A DNA stretch of 64,000 bases from a candidate division FCPU426 bacterium (GTDB lineage: Bacteria; Oederibacteriota; Muellerivitia; Muellerivitales; Muellerivitaceae): assembly GCA_963796105.1 (NCBI GenBank), contig CAWCKJ010000002.1:1-64000 (forward strand), written 5' to 3'. Position numbers and translations under genes: made by a program. Positions 7,380 through 17,291 of this stretch are shown in pieces. The notes beneath the pieces were generated by a model, which did no database searches, was not told where the DNA came from, and was given only the letters and a program-made list of their open reading frames with translations. Position 1 is the stretch's first letter. Each line of letters starts with the position of its first letter.

Positions 7380-9776
7380 ATGTTAACCAACGTCCAGGTA
7401 TGGAAAAATTCCATTAAATATCACAAAAGAATCCAAAGCGTCTTCTTGAGTTGTTTTTGGGTTTTGTTGTTTTCTATCGCCTGTTTCCCTGGGTCATCCC
7501 AAGCCCAAACTTTAAACTTGGACCAGGATGCCTATGGAATCGGGATGGGGGAGGCGGTCGCGGCTATATCAGGCGGGACCCATTCGGTCCTCTGGAATCC
7601 GGCAGGAGTCGCAAGGGCGACCGAACCCTTGGTTCAAATGGGGTTGGGGTATCTTCCCGCCAATTCAGATTTTCACCTCAATACCGGGGCATTGGTGCCC
7701 CTCCAGGATGGGACGGTTTTCGGCCTTTCACAATATTCGGATTTCCCCAAAGCACCCTACTCCGTCACGAGCTACATCGGCTCCATCGGCATTCCCCTGA
7801 ATTCTTCGAGGGATTTCCTAATGGGCTTGAACCTGAAGTACCTGGCCCTTTCCACCCCCATGGGAGGCCAACCGGTTTCCGGAAATGGGATCGGCCTGGA
7901 TCTGGGTCTGCTTTACGATCTTCGCAACGCCCAGGGAGTCCTTGCCTCCTTCGCCTTGGCGGTCAAGGATTTAGACACGGAAATCCGCTACGACAATTCA
8001 AACGAGCAGGTTTTACCGCGCTCTTTCGTCCTGGGAGCCGCCTACGAGAACCTGCCGGACACCCGTTTCGAAGCGGATTATCAAATCGCGGACAAGATCC
8101 TGGAGTCTTCCAGCCTCGAGAACCGGCTTCGGATTGGAGGGGAACGTTTCCTGGACAACAGAATTTACAGCATCCGGCTGGGTTACGAGGGCCTATTCAA
8201 TTCCGATGGTTCCTTCACCTTCGGCGCCGGTTATCATCCCTCTCAGCCCTTGGAAATGGATTACGCCTTCAAGGTCTCCCATGAGAACGGCCAATTCAGC
8301 CATTTTCTGAATTTCATTTACAGGTTTGACCATGTCTTTCAATTTCCAGACCTTTCCGGGGGAGTACCCTCCCAGGCTGTCATCAACCTAGGGACTCCCG
8401 CCGAAACGACGGAGTTGACTTCCGGCGAAGGCAAGCCTGTTTCACCCATTCCCATGAGAAAACTGAATATCCAAGTTGATCCGGAGTCCTTCTCCCCTTC
8501 CGGCAAGCAAAAAACCACCGTGATTTCATTCCCGAACGACTGGGCCGCGGATACGGCCAGGTGGGTTCTCCTCATCCAGGACAAGGGACAAAAGGACATC
8601 CGCCGGATCGGGGGAACGGGGCCCCTCCTGCCGTCGCTGGAATGGGACGGGATGGACGACAAGGGGAACCCCGCGCCGGAAGGCGCCTACCAGGTGAACT
8701 TGAAAACCTTCAACGCCAGGAACGAATTGCTCTCGAGCGATCTCGAAAAGGTGGAAATCATTTCTCCTAGGTCCAGCTTTGGAATCAGCGTGGAAGATCC
8801 TTATTTCTCAACAAGAAGCGTGAAAAGAAAACATGAGATCCTTTTCTCGGTGGATCCGGGGGGAAGCTGGGAAGTCGGCCATTGGGATTTCGAGATCAGC
8901 GAGGCTACCACGAACAGGGTGATTTACTCGAGGAAAGGCAAAAACCGCCTGCCGAAAACCCTCCGCTGGGACGGCCGGGGATCAAACCATGCCCCTGTCC
9001 CGGATGGGTCCTATCTGTGCCTGCTCCTGGCGGAGGACAGGGCCGGCAACCCCCTGAAATCGGACGCTCTTCATGTGTTTGTATACAACACCCCTCCGGA
9101 GCTTTCCTTGAAGGGGCAGGACAACTGGTTTGATTTTAAATCCGGTCAAACGTACCGGCTTTCCCTCTCGGCGGCCGATTTAGCGGGATTCAAGGATTGG
9201 AAGGCCGAGATTGCCGGGGAGAATGGGATCATCTTGAGGACATTCCGGGGAAGCGGGGACCCTCCCGCGGAGTTGGTTTGGGACGGCAACGGCTTGGACG
9301 GACAGCCGGTCGAACCGGGCAGCCTGTTGAAAATTTCATTTACGGCCACGGACAGGGCGGGGAACCGTTCAGCCGCCGATCCCTATCCTCTTCAACTGGA
9401 AGCCGGGAGCGCCTCCCCCGGCGAGTACATGGCCATGGGCCTAGCGACCGTCTATTTCGAGAAGGCCTCCTCCGACCTGACGGAGAACGGCAAAAAGGAT
9501 ATCGAGAAAACCGTGGATGCCATCCGGCCCTACCTCGCCAAATGCATCCTGGTCGTGAAGGGCTACGCGGTCCCGGGCGAAGCGGAGGATTTGCTGACCT
9601 TGTCCCACCGCAGGGCGGCAGAGGTCGAGAAATACCTCCAAAAGATCCTTTCCTTCCCGCCCAAGACGCTTTTCGCGGTCGGTTATTCCGATAGGGATCC
9701 ATTGAAAACAGAATCGGGTCCGGCGCCGGATGAAAAATCAAGGCGGGCGGTCATCACCCTCCTGACCAAGCCTTAA
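7380..9776 (+). CDS. PorV/PorQ-like beta-barrel + FlgD-Ig repeats + OmpA-like C-terminal domain
   Basis: GIGMGEAVAA...SVLWNPAG barrel N-terminus; three WDG-x-D/G...P-x-G Ig repeats; VYF...LSHRRAAEV...VGY...SRRAVI OmpA-like tail. The true start may be further downstream. Confidence 0.75.
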   Translation: MLTNVQVWKNSIKYHKRIQSVFLSCFWVLLFSIACFPGSSQAQTLNLDQDAYGIGMGEAVAAISGGTHSVLWNPAGVARATEPLVQMGLGYLPANSDFHLNTGALVPLQDGTVFGLSQYSDFPKAPYSVTSYIGSIGIPLNSSRDFLMGLNLKYLALSTPMGGQPVSGNGIGLDLGLLYDLRNAQGVLASFALAVKDLDTEIRYDNSNEQVLPRSFVLGAAYENLPDTRFEADYQIADKILESSSLENRLRIGGERFLDNRIYSIRLGYEGLFNSDGSFTFGAGYHPSQPLEMDYAFKVSHENGQFSHFLNFIYRFDHVFQFPDLSGGVPSQAVINLGTPAETTELTSGEGKPVSPIPMRKLNIQVDPESFSPSGKQKTTVISFPNDWAADTARWVLLIQDKGQKDIRRIGGTGPLLPSLEWDGMDDKGNPAPEGAYQVNLKTFNARNELLSSDLEKVEIISPRSSFGISVEDPYFSTRSVKRKHEILFSVDPGGSWEVGHWDFEISEATTNRVIYSRKGKNRLPKTLRWDGRGSNHAPVPDGSYLCLLLAEDRAGNPLKSDALHVFVYNTPPELSLKGQDNWFDFKSGQTYRLSLSAADLAGFKDWKAEIAGENGIILRTFRGSGDPPAELVWDGNGLDGQPVEPGSLLKISFTATDRAGNRSAADPYPLQLEAGSASPGEYMAMGLATVYFEKASSDLTENGKKDIEKTVDAIRPYLAKCILVVKGYAVPGEAEDLLTLSHRRAAEVEKYLQKILSFPPKTLFAVGYSDRDPLKTESGPAPDEKSRRAVITLLTKP

Positions 9777-9892
9777 AATTGGGACCCATTGCAGGCCGTT
9801 TGCTTTTCCAAAACCCCCGTGATTTGTTAATATATCAATGCGGTTTTTATTAAACAACTCAACATTGGCAAATTTGCGGGACATACTATGTC

Positions 9893-10153
9893 TCCCCCTC
9901 TGAAAGAGGGGGATTAAGGGGAATTTAGACTTGTTTCGGGTTTTAGCAACAACTAATACCCCCCTATCCAACATCGCTCATAGGGAAAAACCCCTATGTT
10001 ACCCACAAACCGAAAGGCCCCTTTTTCAAAGGGACTTATTTACTTCACTCCCGAAAGGACGATATGCCCGCAAATAAACAAAAAACGCCTGAAAAAAAGA
10101 AGGCAAAAGAAGGAAAAGGGAGTTAAGTATATAAGCCCCTTTTCAAAGGGGGG
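9893..10153. repeat. Three degenerate CCCCT..AAAGGG REP-like hairpins
   Basis: TCCCCCTCTGAAAGAGGGGGA (9893), CCCCTTTTTCAAAGGG (~10018) and CCCCTTTTCAAAGGGG (~10136) in a 480-bp intergenic gap. Confidence 0.5.
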
Positions 10154-10256
10154 AATAGCTAGCTAAAGCATGCCTTTCGGAATTTGCCAAAGTTGAGTAA
10201 ATAATGAATTTTCAACCACTGACAAGCGGCCTCAATACAAAAAAATCATTCCGGGG

Positions 10257-11585
10257 ATGGTCCATTCCATGAGATGGTTCCTGACAATCGCAGCGCTGGC
10301 TATCCTGGCTTTCGGTTACAGCCAATACCTTTCGTGGAATCATCACCAGGCGATCCTCGATAAAAACACCACTCCACTTCGCCTGTGGAACGTTCCGCCC
10401 AGGTCGCTTCCCCTGGACCGTCAATTATGGGATGAGACTGTGGAGCGATTTGAAAAGGCGAATCCTGACATTAAGGTTGAGGGTGAGGAAAGGGAATACC
10501 AGCCGGAGGAATTTATCACGGTCATGGCCGGCGGGAAAGGCCCGGACCTAGTCAAGGTCTGGGTCGGGGCCATCCAAACTCTGGCCAACATGGATTTTCT
10601 CCAGCCCGTGGACGCCTACATCCAGAACTGGACCCAAAGGGACTTCATCAAACCGGTCCTTTGGGAAAGCGTCAAGGTGGGAAACCATTATTATGGGGTG
10701 CCGGCGGACACCTATTTCCTGTATCTCTTCTACCGGAAAGACCTTTTTTCCAAGGCGGGGCTTTTTCCCGAGACGCCCCCCGCCACCTGGGAGGAACTCG
10801 CCAGGGACGCCAAGCTCCTGACCAAAAGACAATCGGGGCAATACGGCCTGGGATTAGTCCCGAAAACCTGGTATTTCCAGGACTTCGTCTGGCAGGCCGG
10901 CGGGGAAATGATCCGCGACGAGAACGGCAAGATCCGCTCGGCCTTCGCCGAGCCCCCCGCGGTCTCGGCCCTGAAATTCTGGAAAGATTTGCGCTGGAAG
11001 TACAATGTCCTAGAACCGGACCTGTTGAATCCGGAATCGGAACTGCTGCATCTCTTTGCCCTGGGAAAAGTCGCCATGATATTCGGCGTGGCCAACCAAC
11101 TGCCCTCTTTGATCGCGCGTTACAAGATCTCGCCCCAAACCTTGGGAATCGCGCCATTGCCGGCGGGACCGGCGGGCCGGGCGGCCCATCTAGGCGGGGA
11201 AGTCTACGTTGTCAACGCGACTTCAAGCGAGGATGTCAAGCTGGCGGCTTGGAAATGGATCGAGTTTGAGCTGTCCCCGGCCAACCAACTGTGGAAATGG
11301 ACCAGGATGCACGAGTTGAAAATGCCCATATTCCCCGGGGCTTTCAGTTCAGCCACGGAGGTGGCGGACCTTCCGGACTTCAAGATGGTGAAGGATGTCC
11401 TGGAAACCGCCCGATTCGAGCCTCATGTGAGGGGCTGGCCCCAGGTTCGGGAAATGCTGGACCAGGACCCGCTCCAGGAAATTTTCCTCAATCCGGACGC
11501 CGATCCACGGCAGCTATTGGCGGCGAACGCCAAAGCCGCGGATAGGGATATCCTCTCCAAATGGGAGGGGTCCGAAATCCCATGA
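10257..11585 (+). CDS. Carbohydrate ABC transporter substrate-binding protein
   Basis: FEKANPDIKV, GPDLV, YGVP, LFYRKDLF, PPATWEEL, FALGKVAM. Confidence 0.92.
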   Translation: MVHSMRWFLTIAALAILAFGYSQYLSWNHHQAILDKNTTPLRLWNVPPRSLPLDRQLWDETVERFEKANPDIKVEGEEREYQPEEFITVMAGGKGPDLVKVWVGAIQTLANMDFLQPVDAYIQNWTQRDFIKPVLWESVKVGNHYYGVPADTYFLYLFYRKDLFSKAGLFPETPPATWEELARDAKLLTKRQSGQYGLGLVPKTWYFQDFVWQAGGEMIRDENGKIRSAFAEPPAVSALKFWKDLRWKYNVLEPDLLNPESELLHLFALGKVAMIFGVANQLPSLIARYKISPQTLGIAPLPAGPAGRAAHLGGEVYVVNATSSEDVKLAAWKWIEFELSPANQLWKWTRMHELKMPIFPGAFSSATEVADLPDFKMVKDVLETARFEPHVRGWPQVREMLDQDPLQEIFLNPDADPRQLLAANAKAADRDILSKWEGSEIP

Positions 11586-11645
11586 GCATTCGAAACTACC
11601 TAGTGTTTTTCATTTTTGACCCAAGTAGCGGGAGGAAGGAAAACC

Positions 11646-12932
11646 ATGACTGAACCCTTCAAGCCTTTCTCCATATACGATGACGATGAGGAAAAGAAGG
11701 GGCCGATCCTTCCTCCTGACATTCATGAGCAGGAAGGGGAGCTGAACCTTGAAATCGAGGATGACTCGTCCAGTGTGGACTTGGATACCCGCAGGGACAT
11801 GATGAAACAACTGGAAATAGGGGGAAGGACGGCTTCCGATGTCTCCAAACCGGACGGGGAGAGCCGGCCGGAGTCCGAGACCTTGAAAAAAACCCCCTTC
11901 CTGCAGGGACAGGCTGATAAAAACATGGAGGACCGCGCCAAGGATTTGATCCGAAAAAGGAAAGAAACGGGGAAAATAAGGGATAGGCGCGTCACAGCCT
12001 CCATCTTTGACAAACCTGTCGAAGGAGACAAACCCATTCGGCAGGGAAAAACCGCCTGGCATCCCCTTAGCTATCGGGCCCAGGCTTTTTGGTTTCTCTT
12101 TCCGGCCCTGGTTTTTTTCGGTTTGTTTTATCTTTATCCACTGGTTCAGGGGCTTCTCATCAGCCTGAACCATTACAGTCCCCTGGGGAAAAGCTTTCCC
12201 GTGGGCTTGGACAATTACAACCGGGCTTTCCAGGACCCCCTCTTCAGGCAAACGGCCGTCAACGCCGCGTCCTTTACCCTCATCTCCCTGCTCCTCGGAT
12301 TCTGGCCGCCCATCCTATTGGCCATACTTTTGAATGAAATTCCCGCATGGAAGGGACTTTTCAAGTTCCTTTACCTGGTGCCTTTCATCATTCCAGCCAT
12401 TCCTGCGGCGAACCTATGGAAATGGATGTATAGCGAGGGGTCCGGGGTATTCAACTCCATCCTGAGGGAATTATTCCATTCCCCGGATATTCAGGTGGGC
12501 TGGCTGTCGGATCCGCGCTGGGTCCTGATCTCCATCATCATCATGTTCGTTTGGAAGAACCTGGGATGGTACATGCTTATTTATTTCACCTACCTCCAGA
12601 GCCTTCCCGAGGAGCTTTATGACGCCGCGGAATTGGACGGGGCCGGGATATTCCACAAGGTTTTCAACATCACCCTGCCCCATCTCCGCCCAGTGATGGG
12701 AATCCTCCTGATCATCCAGGTCCTGACCACCTTCCAGGTGTTCACGGAGGTTTACGTGATGACGAACGGGGGCCCCATGCACACCTCGGAGGTCCTGGGA
12801 ACCTACATTTATAAGACAGCCTTTGGCGCCATGGATTTAGGTTATGCCTCCGCCATGGCCATGCTCATGTTCGCCGCCTTGTTCGTTTTCTCCATGATCC
12901 GCTTGTGGCAGCTCAAGCGGGAAGTGAGGTGA
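11646..12932 (+). CDS. Carbohydrate ABC transporter permease with a long hydrophilic N-terminal extension
   Basis: LQSLPEELYDAAELDGA EAA motif, ITLP, LGYASA. ATG at 11646 follows AGGA. Confidence 0.9.
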   Translation: MTEPFKPFSIYDDDEEKKGPILPPDIHEQEGELNLEIEDDSSSVDLDTRRDMMKQLEIGGRTASDVSKPDGESRPESETLKKTPFLQGQADKNMEDRAKDLIRKRKETGKIRDRRVTASIFDKPVEGDKPIRQGKTAWHPLSYRAQAFWFLFPALVFFGLFYLYPLVQGLLISLNHYSPLGKSFPVGLDNYNRAFQDPLFRQTAVNAASFTLISLLLGFWPPILLAILLNEIPAWKGLFKFLYLVPFIIPAIPAANLWKWMYSEGSGVFNSILRELFHSPDIQVGWLSDPRWVLISIIIMFVWKNLGWYMLIYFTYLQSLPEELYDAAELDGAGIFHKVFNITLPHLRPVMGILLIIQVLTTFQVFTEVYVMTNGGPMHTSEVLGTYIYKTAFGAMDLGYASAMAMLMFAALFVFSMIRLWQLKREVR

Positions 12933-12936
12933 TACC

Positions 12937-13863
12937 ATGAACCATCCGAAAAAAAACCGTCCTATTCAACGGCAGGGGGTGACCCGGGGCCTGTTGTCGG
13001 TCAAGGAGAAACGTAAACCCCTTGTCCGGCTAATGCTCACCCTCGGCTCCTTGCTACTCGTGCTTGGAGCCCTGGCCATGATCGCGCCGGTTGTTTGGAT
13101 GCTTTTGGGATCCCTCAAGACCTCGGAGGAAATATACAAGCTTCCCCAGGTTTACCTGCCAGGAAGGTTCCGGCTGGACAATTACCAGGAAGCCTGGAAA
13201 CTGGTGGATTTCGCGGGCTACCTCCTTAACAGCGTGATCATCTGCTCCGGAACCGTGCTTGGCCAGCTCCTTGTTTGCTCCATGGCGGCCTACTCACTCT
13301 CAAAGCTGAGGGTCCGGTTCGCGGGAGGCATCCTGTTGTTGTTCATGACCAGCCTGATGGTGCCGATGGAAGTCTTGGTCATCCCCCTTTATCTCATCGT
13401 AAAGCATTTTCCATTCGGCCCCGGATTTGAAGCTTGGAACCTGGTGAACACCTATTGGGCCGTGATCCTGCCTGGGATTTTCAGCGCTTTCGCTATCATG
13501 GTCCTCAAGGAGTTTTTCGACTCCATCCCCGATGACATCCTTTACGCCGCGAGGATCGACGGCTGCGGCGAGGCGTGGGTGTTTTTCCGGTTCATCCTCC
13601 CCATGACCAAGCCCATCCTTTCCTTTTTGGCGGTCTTCGCGTTCGTCGGGGCCTGGAACAGCTTTTTCTGGCCCCTCATCGTGTTGAATAATCCCGATTA
13701 CTATCCCTTGGTCCTGGGCGTGCAGCGGCTCGTTGAGACAGGGGAGCCATGGAACGTGGCGCTCGCGGCGCTGGCGATCAGCGCGGTTCCGCCCATTCTC
13801 CTTCTTGCCCTCTTCCAGCGCGCCATTATCCGGGGTATTGCCTATACGGGTATTTACGGTTGA
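12937..13863 (+). CDS. Carbohydrate ABC transporter permease
   Basis: FFDSIPDDILYAARIDGC, WNSFFWPL. Confidence 0.92.
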   Translation: MNHPKKNRPIQRQGVTRGLLSVKEKRKPLVRLMLTLGSLLLVLGALAMIAPVVWMLLGSLKTSEEIYKLPQVYLPGRFRLDNYQEAWKLVDFAGYLLNSVIICSGTVLGQLLVCSMAAYSLSKLRVRFAGGILLLFMTSLMVPMEVLVIPLYLIVKHFPFGPGFEAWNLVNTYWAVILPGIFSAFAIMVLKEFFDSIPDDILYAARIDGCGEAWVFFRFILPMTKPILSFLAVFAFVGAWNSFFWPLIVLNNPDYYPLVLGVQRLVETGEPWNVALAALAISAVPPILLLALFQRAIIRGIAYTGIYG

Positions 13864-14444
13864 ACCGCCCTGTGGTCAAATTGGAGGAAGTCAGGGATTG
13901 GGTCAGGACCCAGGTCAGCCCTGGACGCTACCGGCACATCCAGGGGGTTGTGGAATGCGCCGGGCGTCTCGCTCTCCGCCATGGCCTGCCGGCCGGGAAG
14001 GCGCGGATGGCGGCTTGGCTGCATGACTGCGCGAAGGAACTGACGTGCGGGGAAATGAAGAGCTGGCTGAGGGACAGCCCATTCAGGCTGGATCCTCCGG
14101 AAATAAAAATGCCGGGACTGTGGCATCCACACGCCGGCGCGGCCATCGCCTATAAAAAGTGGGAGATTCGGGACCAGGACATTTTGGAGGCGATCCGCTT
14201 CCACACGACCGGGAGCCCCGAAATGGGTCCTTTGGCCCAGGTCTTGTTTTTGGCGGATTTCATCGAGCCGGGCCGGAAATTCAAGGGCCGCCTAAAGGCG
14301 GCAAGGATCGCCGGGAGAAACTTGAGGGAGGGAGTCTTGATCAAGGCTTCCATGACCTTGGACTTCCTGTTTTCAAGGAAAGCGAGGATCCATCCAAGGC
14401 TAGTTGATACATGGAACGGATTCTTGAATCAGGGAAAAGTATGA
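13860..14444 (+). CDS. yqeK: YqeK HD-domain Ap4A hydrolase
   Basis: RYRH..GV, LHDCAKE, H...GA, EAIRFHTTG, LADFIEPGR. TTG start overlaps the upstream stop. Confidence 0.88.
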   Translation: MNRPVVKLEEVRDWVRTQVSPGRYRHIQGVVECAGRLALRHGLPAGKARMAAWLHDCAKELTCGEMKSWLRDSPFRLDPPEIKMPGLWHPHAGAAIAYKKWEIRDQDILEAIRFHTTGSPEMGPLAQVLFLADFIEPGRKFKGRLKAARIAGRNLREGVLIKASMTLDFLFSRKARIHPRLVDTWNGFLNQGKV

Positions 14445-15301
14445 GGAATTTAACCAAACTGCTATTTTGGATCGCTTTTTTTTCCATCTTTGGGACCGCC
14501 AGTTATCAAGGGCTGGGGAGAAATCCCTTGAGGGCCTTTGTCCTGAGGGGGAGCGGCCAGAACCTGGAGGCTTTCCAACTGGATATTCCCCTCAACCATG
14601 GGGAATCCAAAGTGCGTTCCATAGCCTTGAGCGCAGAACAGAGAAGCGAGGGTTCCGAGATTATCACTCAAATGGATGAAAAGCATTTGGTGATCTATTC
14701 CCGGCAGTTCGGCAAATGGGCCATTGTCGCCGGAGTCCCCCGAGCGGAGGAATCGTGGCCTTGGTACATGGGTGGAGGATTCAAATCCCTTCTCGCGGAC
14801 AACCCGGAAACGCTGGTCGATAACCTGACCTGGGCGGACCATATTTTTCTCGCGCTTTGCACCTCCAGCCCTCCTCCGGCGCCCTACCACGCGAGCGAAA
14901 TCCAAATCGAGGATTTGGGGCATCCCTCTTTCGGGGCGCCCCAGGTCGCGGAAAAACCCTCAGTCTCGCCGACCCCCTTGGGGTCGGGGCCCGTGCGTGT
15001 GGAAATCCTGAATGGATGTGGTATAACTAATGCCGCCGATTGGGCCGCGCGCCGATTCAAGGGACCGGGAATCGTCATCATTGACACCGGAAACGCCGAC
15101 CATTTTCACTATCCCAAGACCATCGTCCGGTCCGGCCTGGGTCTTCCGGTCGCGCTGGAGGAGGCCATGGGACGGCTGGGACTCGACAAGGACCGCTTGG
15201 AGGATGCCACCGCCCCCAATCCCCTGGTCGACGCGGTGGTCATCGTGGGAATGGATTACTCGAAATTGCGGGAGCGCCGTCATGGACGATTACGCCACTG
15301 A
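14441..15301 (+). CDS. LytR_C-domain protein
   Basis: N-terminal TM segment; C-terminal VEILNGCG..NAA...GNAD...VVIVGMDY. Confidence 0.8.
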   Translation: MRNLTKLLFWIAFFSIFGTASYQGLGRNPLRAFVLRGSGQNLEAFQLDIPLNHGESKVRSIALSAEQRSEGSEIITQMDEKHLVIYSRQFGKWAIVAGVPRAEESWPWYMGGGFKSLLADNPETLVDNLTWADHIFLALCTSSPPPAPYHASEIQIEDLGHPSFGAPQVAEKPSVSPTPLGSGPVRVEILNGCGITNAADWAARRFKGPGIVIIDTGNADHFHYPKTIVRSGLGLPVALEEAMGRLGLDKDRLEDATAPNPLVDAVVIVGMDYSKLRERRHGRLRH

Positions 15302-15647
15302 GAGAAACAAGTTCAAGAAGCTTTTTTCCAATACGACTTCCCGCATCCTGCTGGGCATTTGGGTCCTGATGAAGGGGTCCCAGTTTCCCTTGAAACTCAT
15401 CATGGAAACCCTCTCCCTTTCGGAAGACGCCCTGGAAAGCAAGCTCCAGACTTTCGCTGGGATGGGATTGGTGCATGTCACCACTGATGCCCTGGGGGAG
15501 AGGGAAATTGATTTCCTGCGCTCACCCAGCCCCGATTTGGAAAAAATGATCCTTGAGTTTTTCGACGGCAGGAAAAGCGACTTCACGGCCATCGAATTAA
15601 AGGTCCATTCGCTTCTTTATAAAGCCATCCTCAACTCCCGGCTGTGA
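15282..15647 (+). CDS. Hypothetical protein, winged-helix-like
   Basis: ATG at 15282 (MDDYATERNK...) overlaps the upstream gene; IMETLSLSEDALESKLQTFAGMGLV resembles an HTH plus wing. Confidence 0.6.
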   Translation: MDDYATERNKFKKLFSNTTSRILLGIWVLMKGSQFPLKLIMETLSLSEDALESKLQTFAGMGLVHVTTDALGEREIDFLRSPSPDLEKMILEFFDGRKSDFTAIELKVHSLLYKAILNSRL

Positions 15648-15651
15648 TGAA

Positions 15652-17286
15652 GTGAACCCCGATATTTTCACCCTCCAGCAGGCGCTTCGGACGGCCCTGA
15701 AGAACTCCGCATCCTCCCTCGGCCTTCCCGATTGCGCTATTACCTTGGAAGCTCCCAAGGACAAGTCCCACGGTGATTATTCAACGCCTCTGGCCCTTTC
15801 CCTCGGAAAACAATTGAAACGGCCCCCATTGGAAATCGCCAGGGAGATCGCGGCGAACTTGAAAACGGAGGAACCCCTCCTGGAGTCGGTCGTGGCGGCC
15901 CCGCCTGGTTTTATTAACATGAAACTCATACCCTCCGCCTATTATTCCGCGCTGTCGGGCGCCCTAGCCCAAGACGAGCGGTATGGGACTAACGTGCAGG
16001 GAGCGGGCCAAAAGATGCTTTTGGAATTCGTCAGTTCCAATCCTACCGGCCCCTTGAACGTGGTGAACGCCCGGGCCGCCGCCCTGGGGGATTCCATCGC
16101 CAATCTCCTGACCGCTTCCGGCACGCAAGTCCTCCGCGAGTATTACATCAATGACGCGGGGGTTCAGGCCAGGCTTTTCGGCGAATCCCTCCTGGCCGCC
16201 TGCGACCGTGTCCAAGGCGGCAGCCGTCCGGCGCCCGAGGGCGGATACCAGGGGGTTTATATGGAGGACTTGGCCCGGGAATATCTCCTTCTTCTGGAAC
16301 CCCGGCCGGAGCCGGGGCCATGGGGCATGGAGCGGGTTATTCAATGGCACGGGAAATCCTTGTCGGATTATGGTGTTTCCTTCGACCGCTGGTTTTCGGA
16401 GAAAAAAGAACTTCACGACTCCGGGTATCTTTCGGCGACACTGGATAAAATCAGGAAGTCCGGCATCTGTTATGAGAAGGACGGGGCCGTTTGGATCAAG
16501 GTGTCCGAATTCGGGGCGCCCAAGGATGAGGTCCTGCTCAAGAGCGACGGCCAGCCGGCCTATTTCGCCGCGGACATCGCCTATCACCTCCAAAAGTTCG
16601 AAAGGGGTTTCACGAGGCTGCTCGACATTTGGGGTCCGGACCACCACGGGCATATCCAGCGCATGAAATCCGCCTTGACGGCCTTGAGGCTTCCCGCTGA
16701 GAACTTCATCGTCCTGGTCGCCCAGCAGGTCAACCTCCTGGAGGGCGGGGAAAAAGTGAAAATGTCCAAGCGCGAGGGGAAATTCGTGACGATGGACGAG
16801 CTTCTGGAAAAGGTGGGGAGGGACGCCGCGAGATTTTTCTTTGTCATGAGGGGTTCCAACAGCCACCTGGATTTCGATATCGAAGTGGCCCGGAAGCAGA
16901 CGGAGGAAAACCCCGTATTTTACGTCCAATATGCCCATGCCAGGATTTGCAGTCTCTTAAGGAAGGCCCTGGAAAGGGGGTTAAAACCCGCCCTGGAGCC
17001 GGGCCGGATGGCTTCACTGAGGAAACCCGAGGAATTTTTACTCTTGAAAGAAATCCTGGAATATCCACAATGGGTTTTTGAGAGCGGACGATCTTTCGAG
17101 CCGCAACGGATCGTGGCATATTTGCAGTCGCTTTCCGCGGATTTCCATTTTTTCTACGCCAAGCACCGGGTCCTGGACGCGCCAGAGGAGACTGCGGCTG
17201 CGAGGCTGAGCCTGGCTTTAGGCGTCAAAAACGTCATTCGCAACGGCCTCAAACTCCTGGGAGTTTCCGCCCCGGAACAAATGTAA
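15652..17286 (+). CDS. argS: Arginine--tRNA ligase
   Basis: HGDYST, EFVSSNPTGPLNVVNAR, EYYIND, KMSKREG, YVQYAHAR, GVSAPEQM. Confidence 0.97.
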   Translation: MNPDIFTLQQALRTALKNSASSLGLPDCAITLEAPKDKSHGDYSTPLALSLGKQLKRPPLEIAREIAANLKTEEPLLESVVAAPPGFINMKLIPSAYYSALSGALAQDERYGTNVQGAGQKMLLEFVSSNPTGPLNVVNARAAALGDSIANLLTASGTQVLREYYINDAGVQARLFGESLLAACDRVQGGSRPAPEGGYQGVYMEDLAREYLLLLEPRPEPGPWGMERVIQWHGKSLSDYGVSFDRWFSEKKELHDSGYLSATLDKIRKSGICYEKDGAVWIKVSEFGAPKDEVLLKSDGQPAYFAADIAYHLQKFERGFTRLLDIWGPDHHGHIQRMKSALTALRLPAENFIVLVAQQVNLLEGGEKVKMSKREGKFVTMDELLEKVGRDAARFFFVMRGSNSHLDFDIEVARKQTEENPVFYVQYAHARICSLLRKALERGLKPALEPGRMASLRKPEEFLLLKEILEYPQWVFESGRSFEPQRIVAYLQSLSADFHFFYAKHRVLDAPEETAAARLSLALGVKNVIRNGLKLLGVSAPEQM

Positions 17287-17291
17287 ACGAG

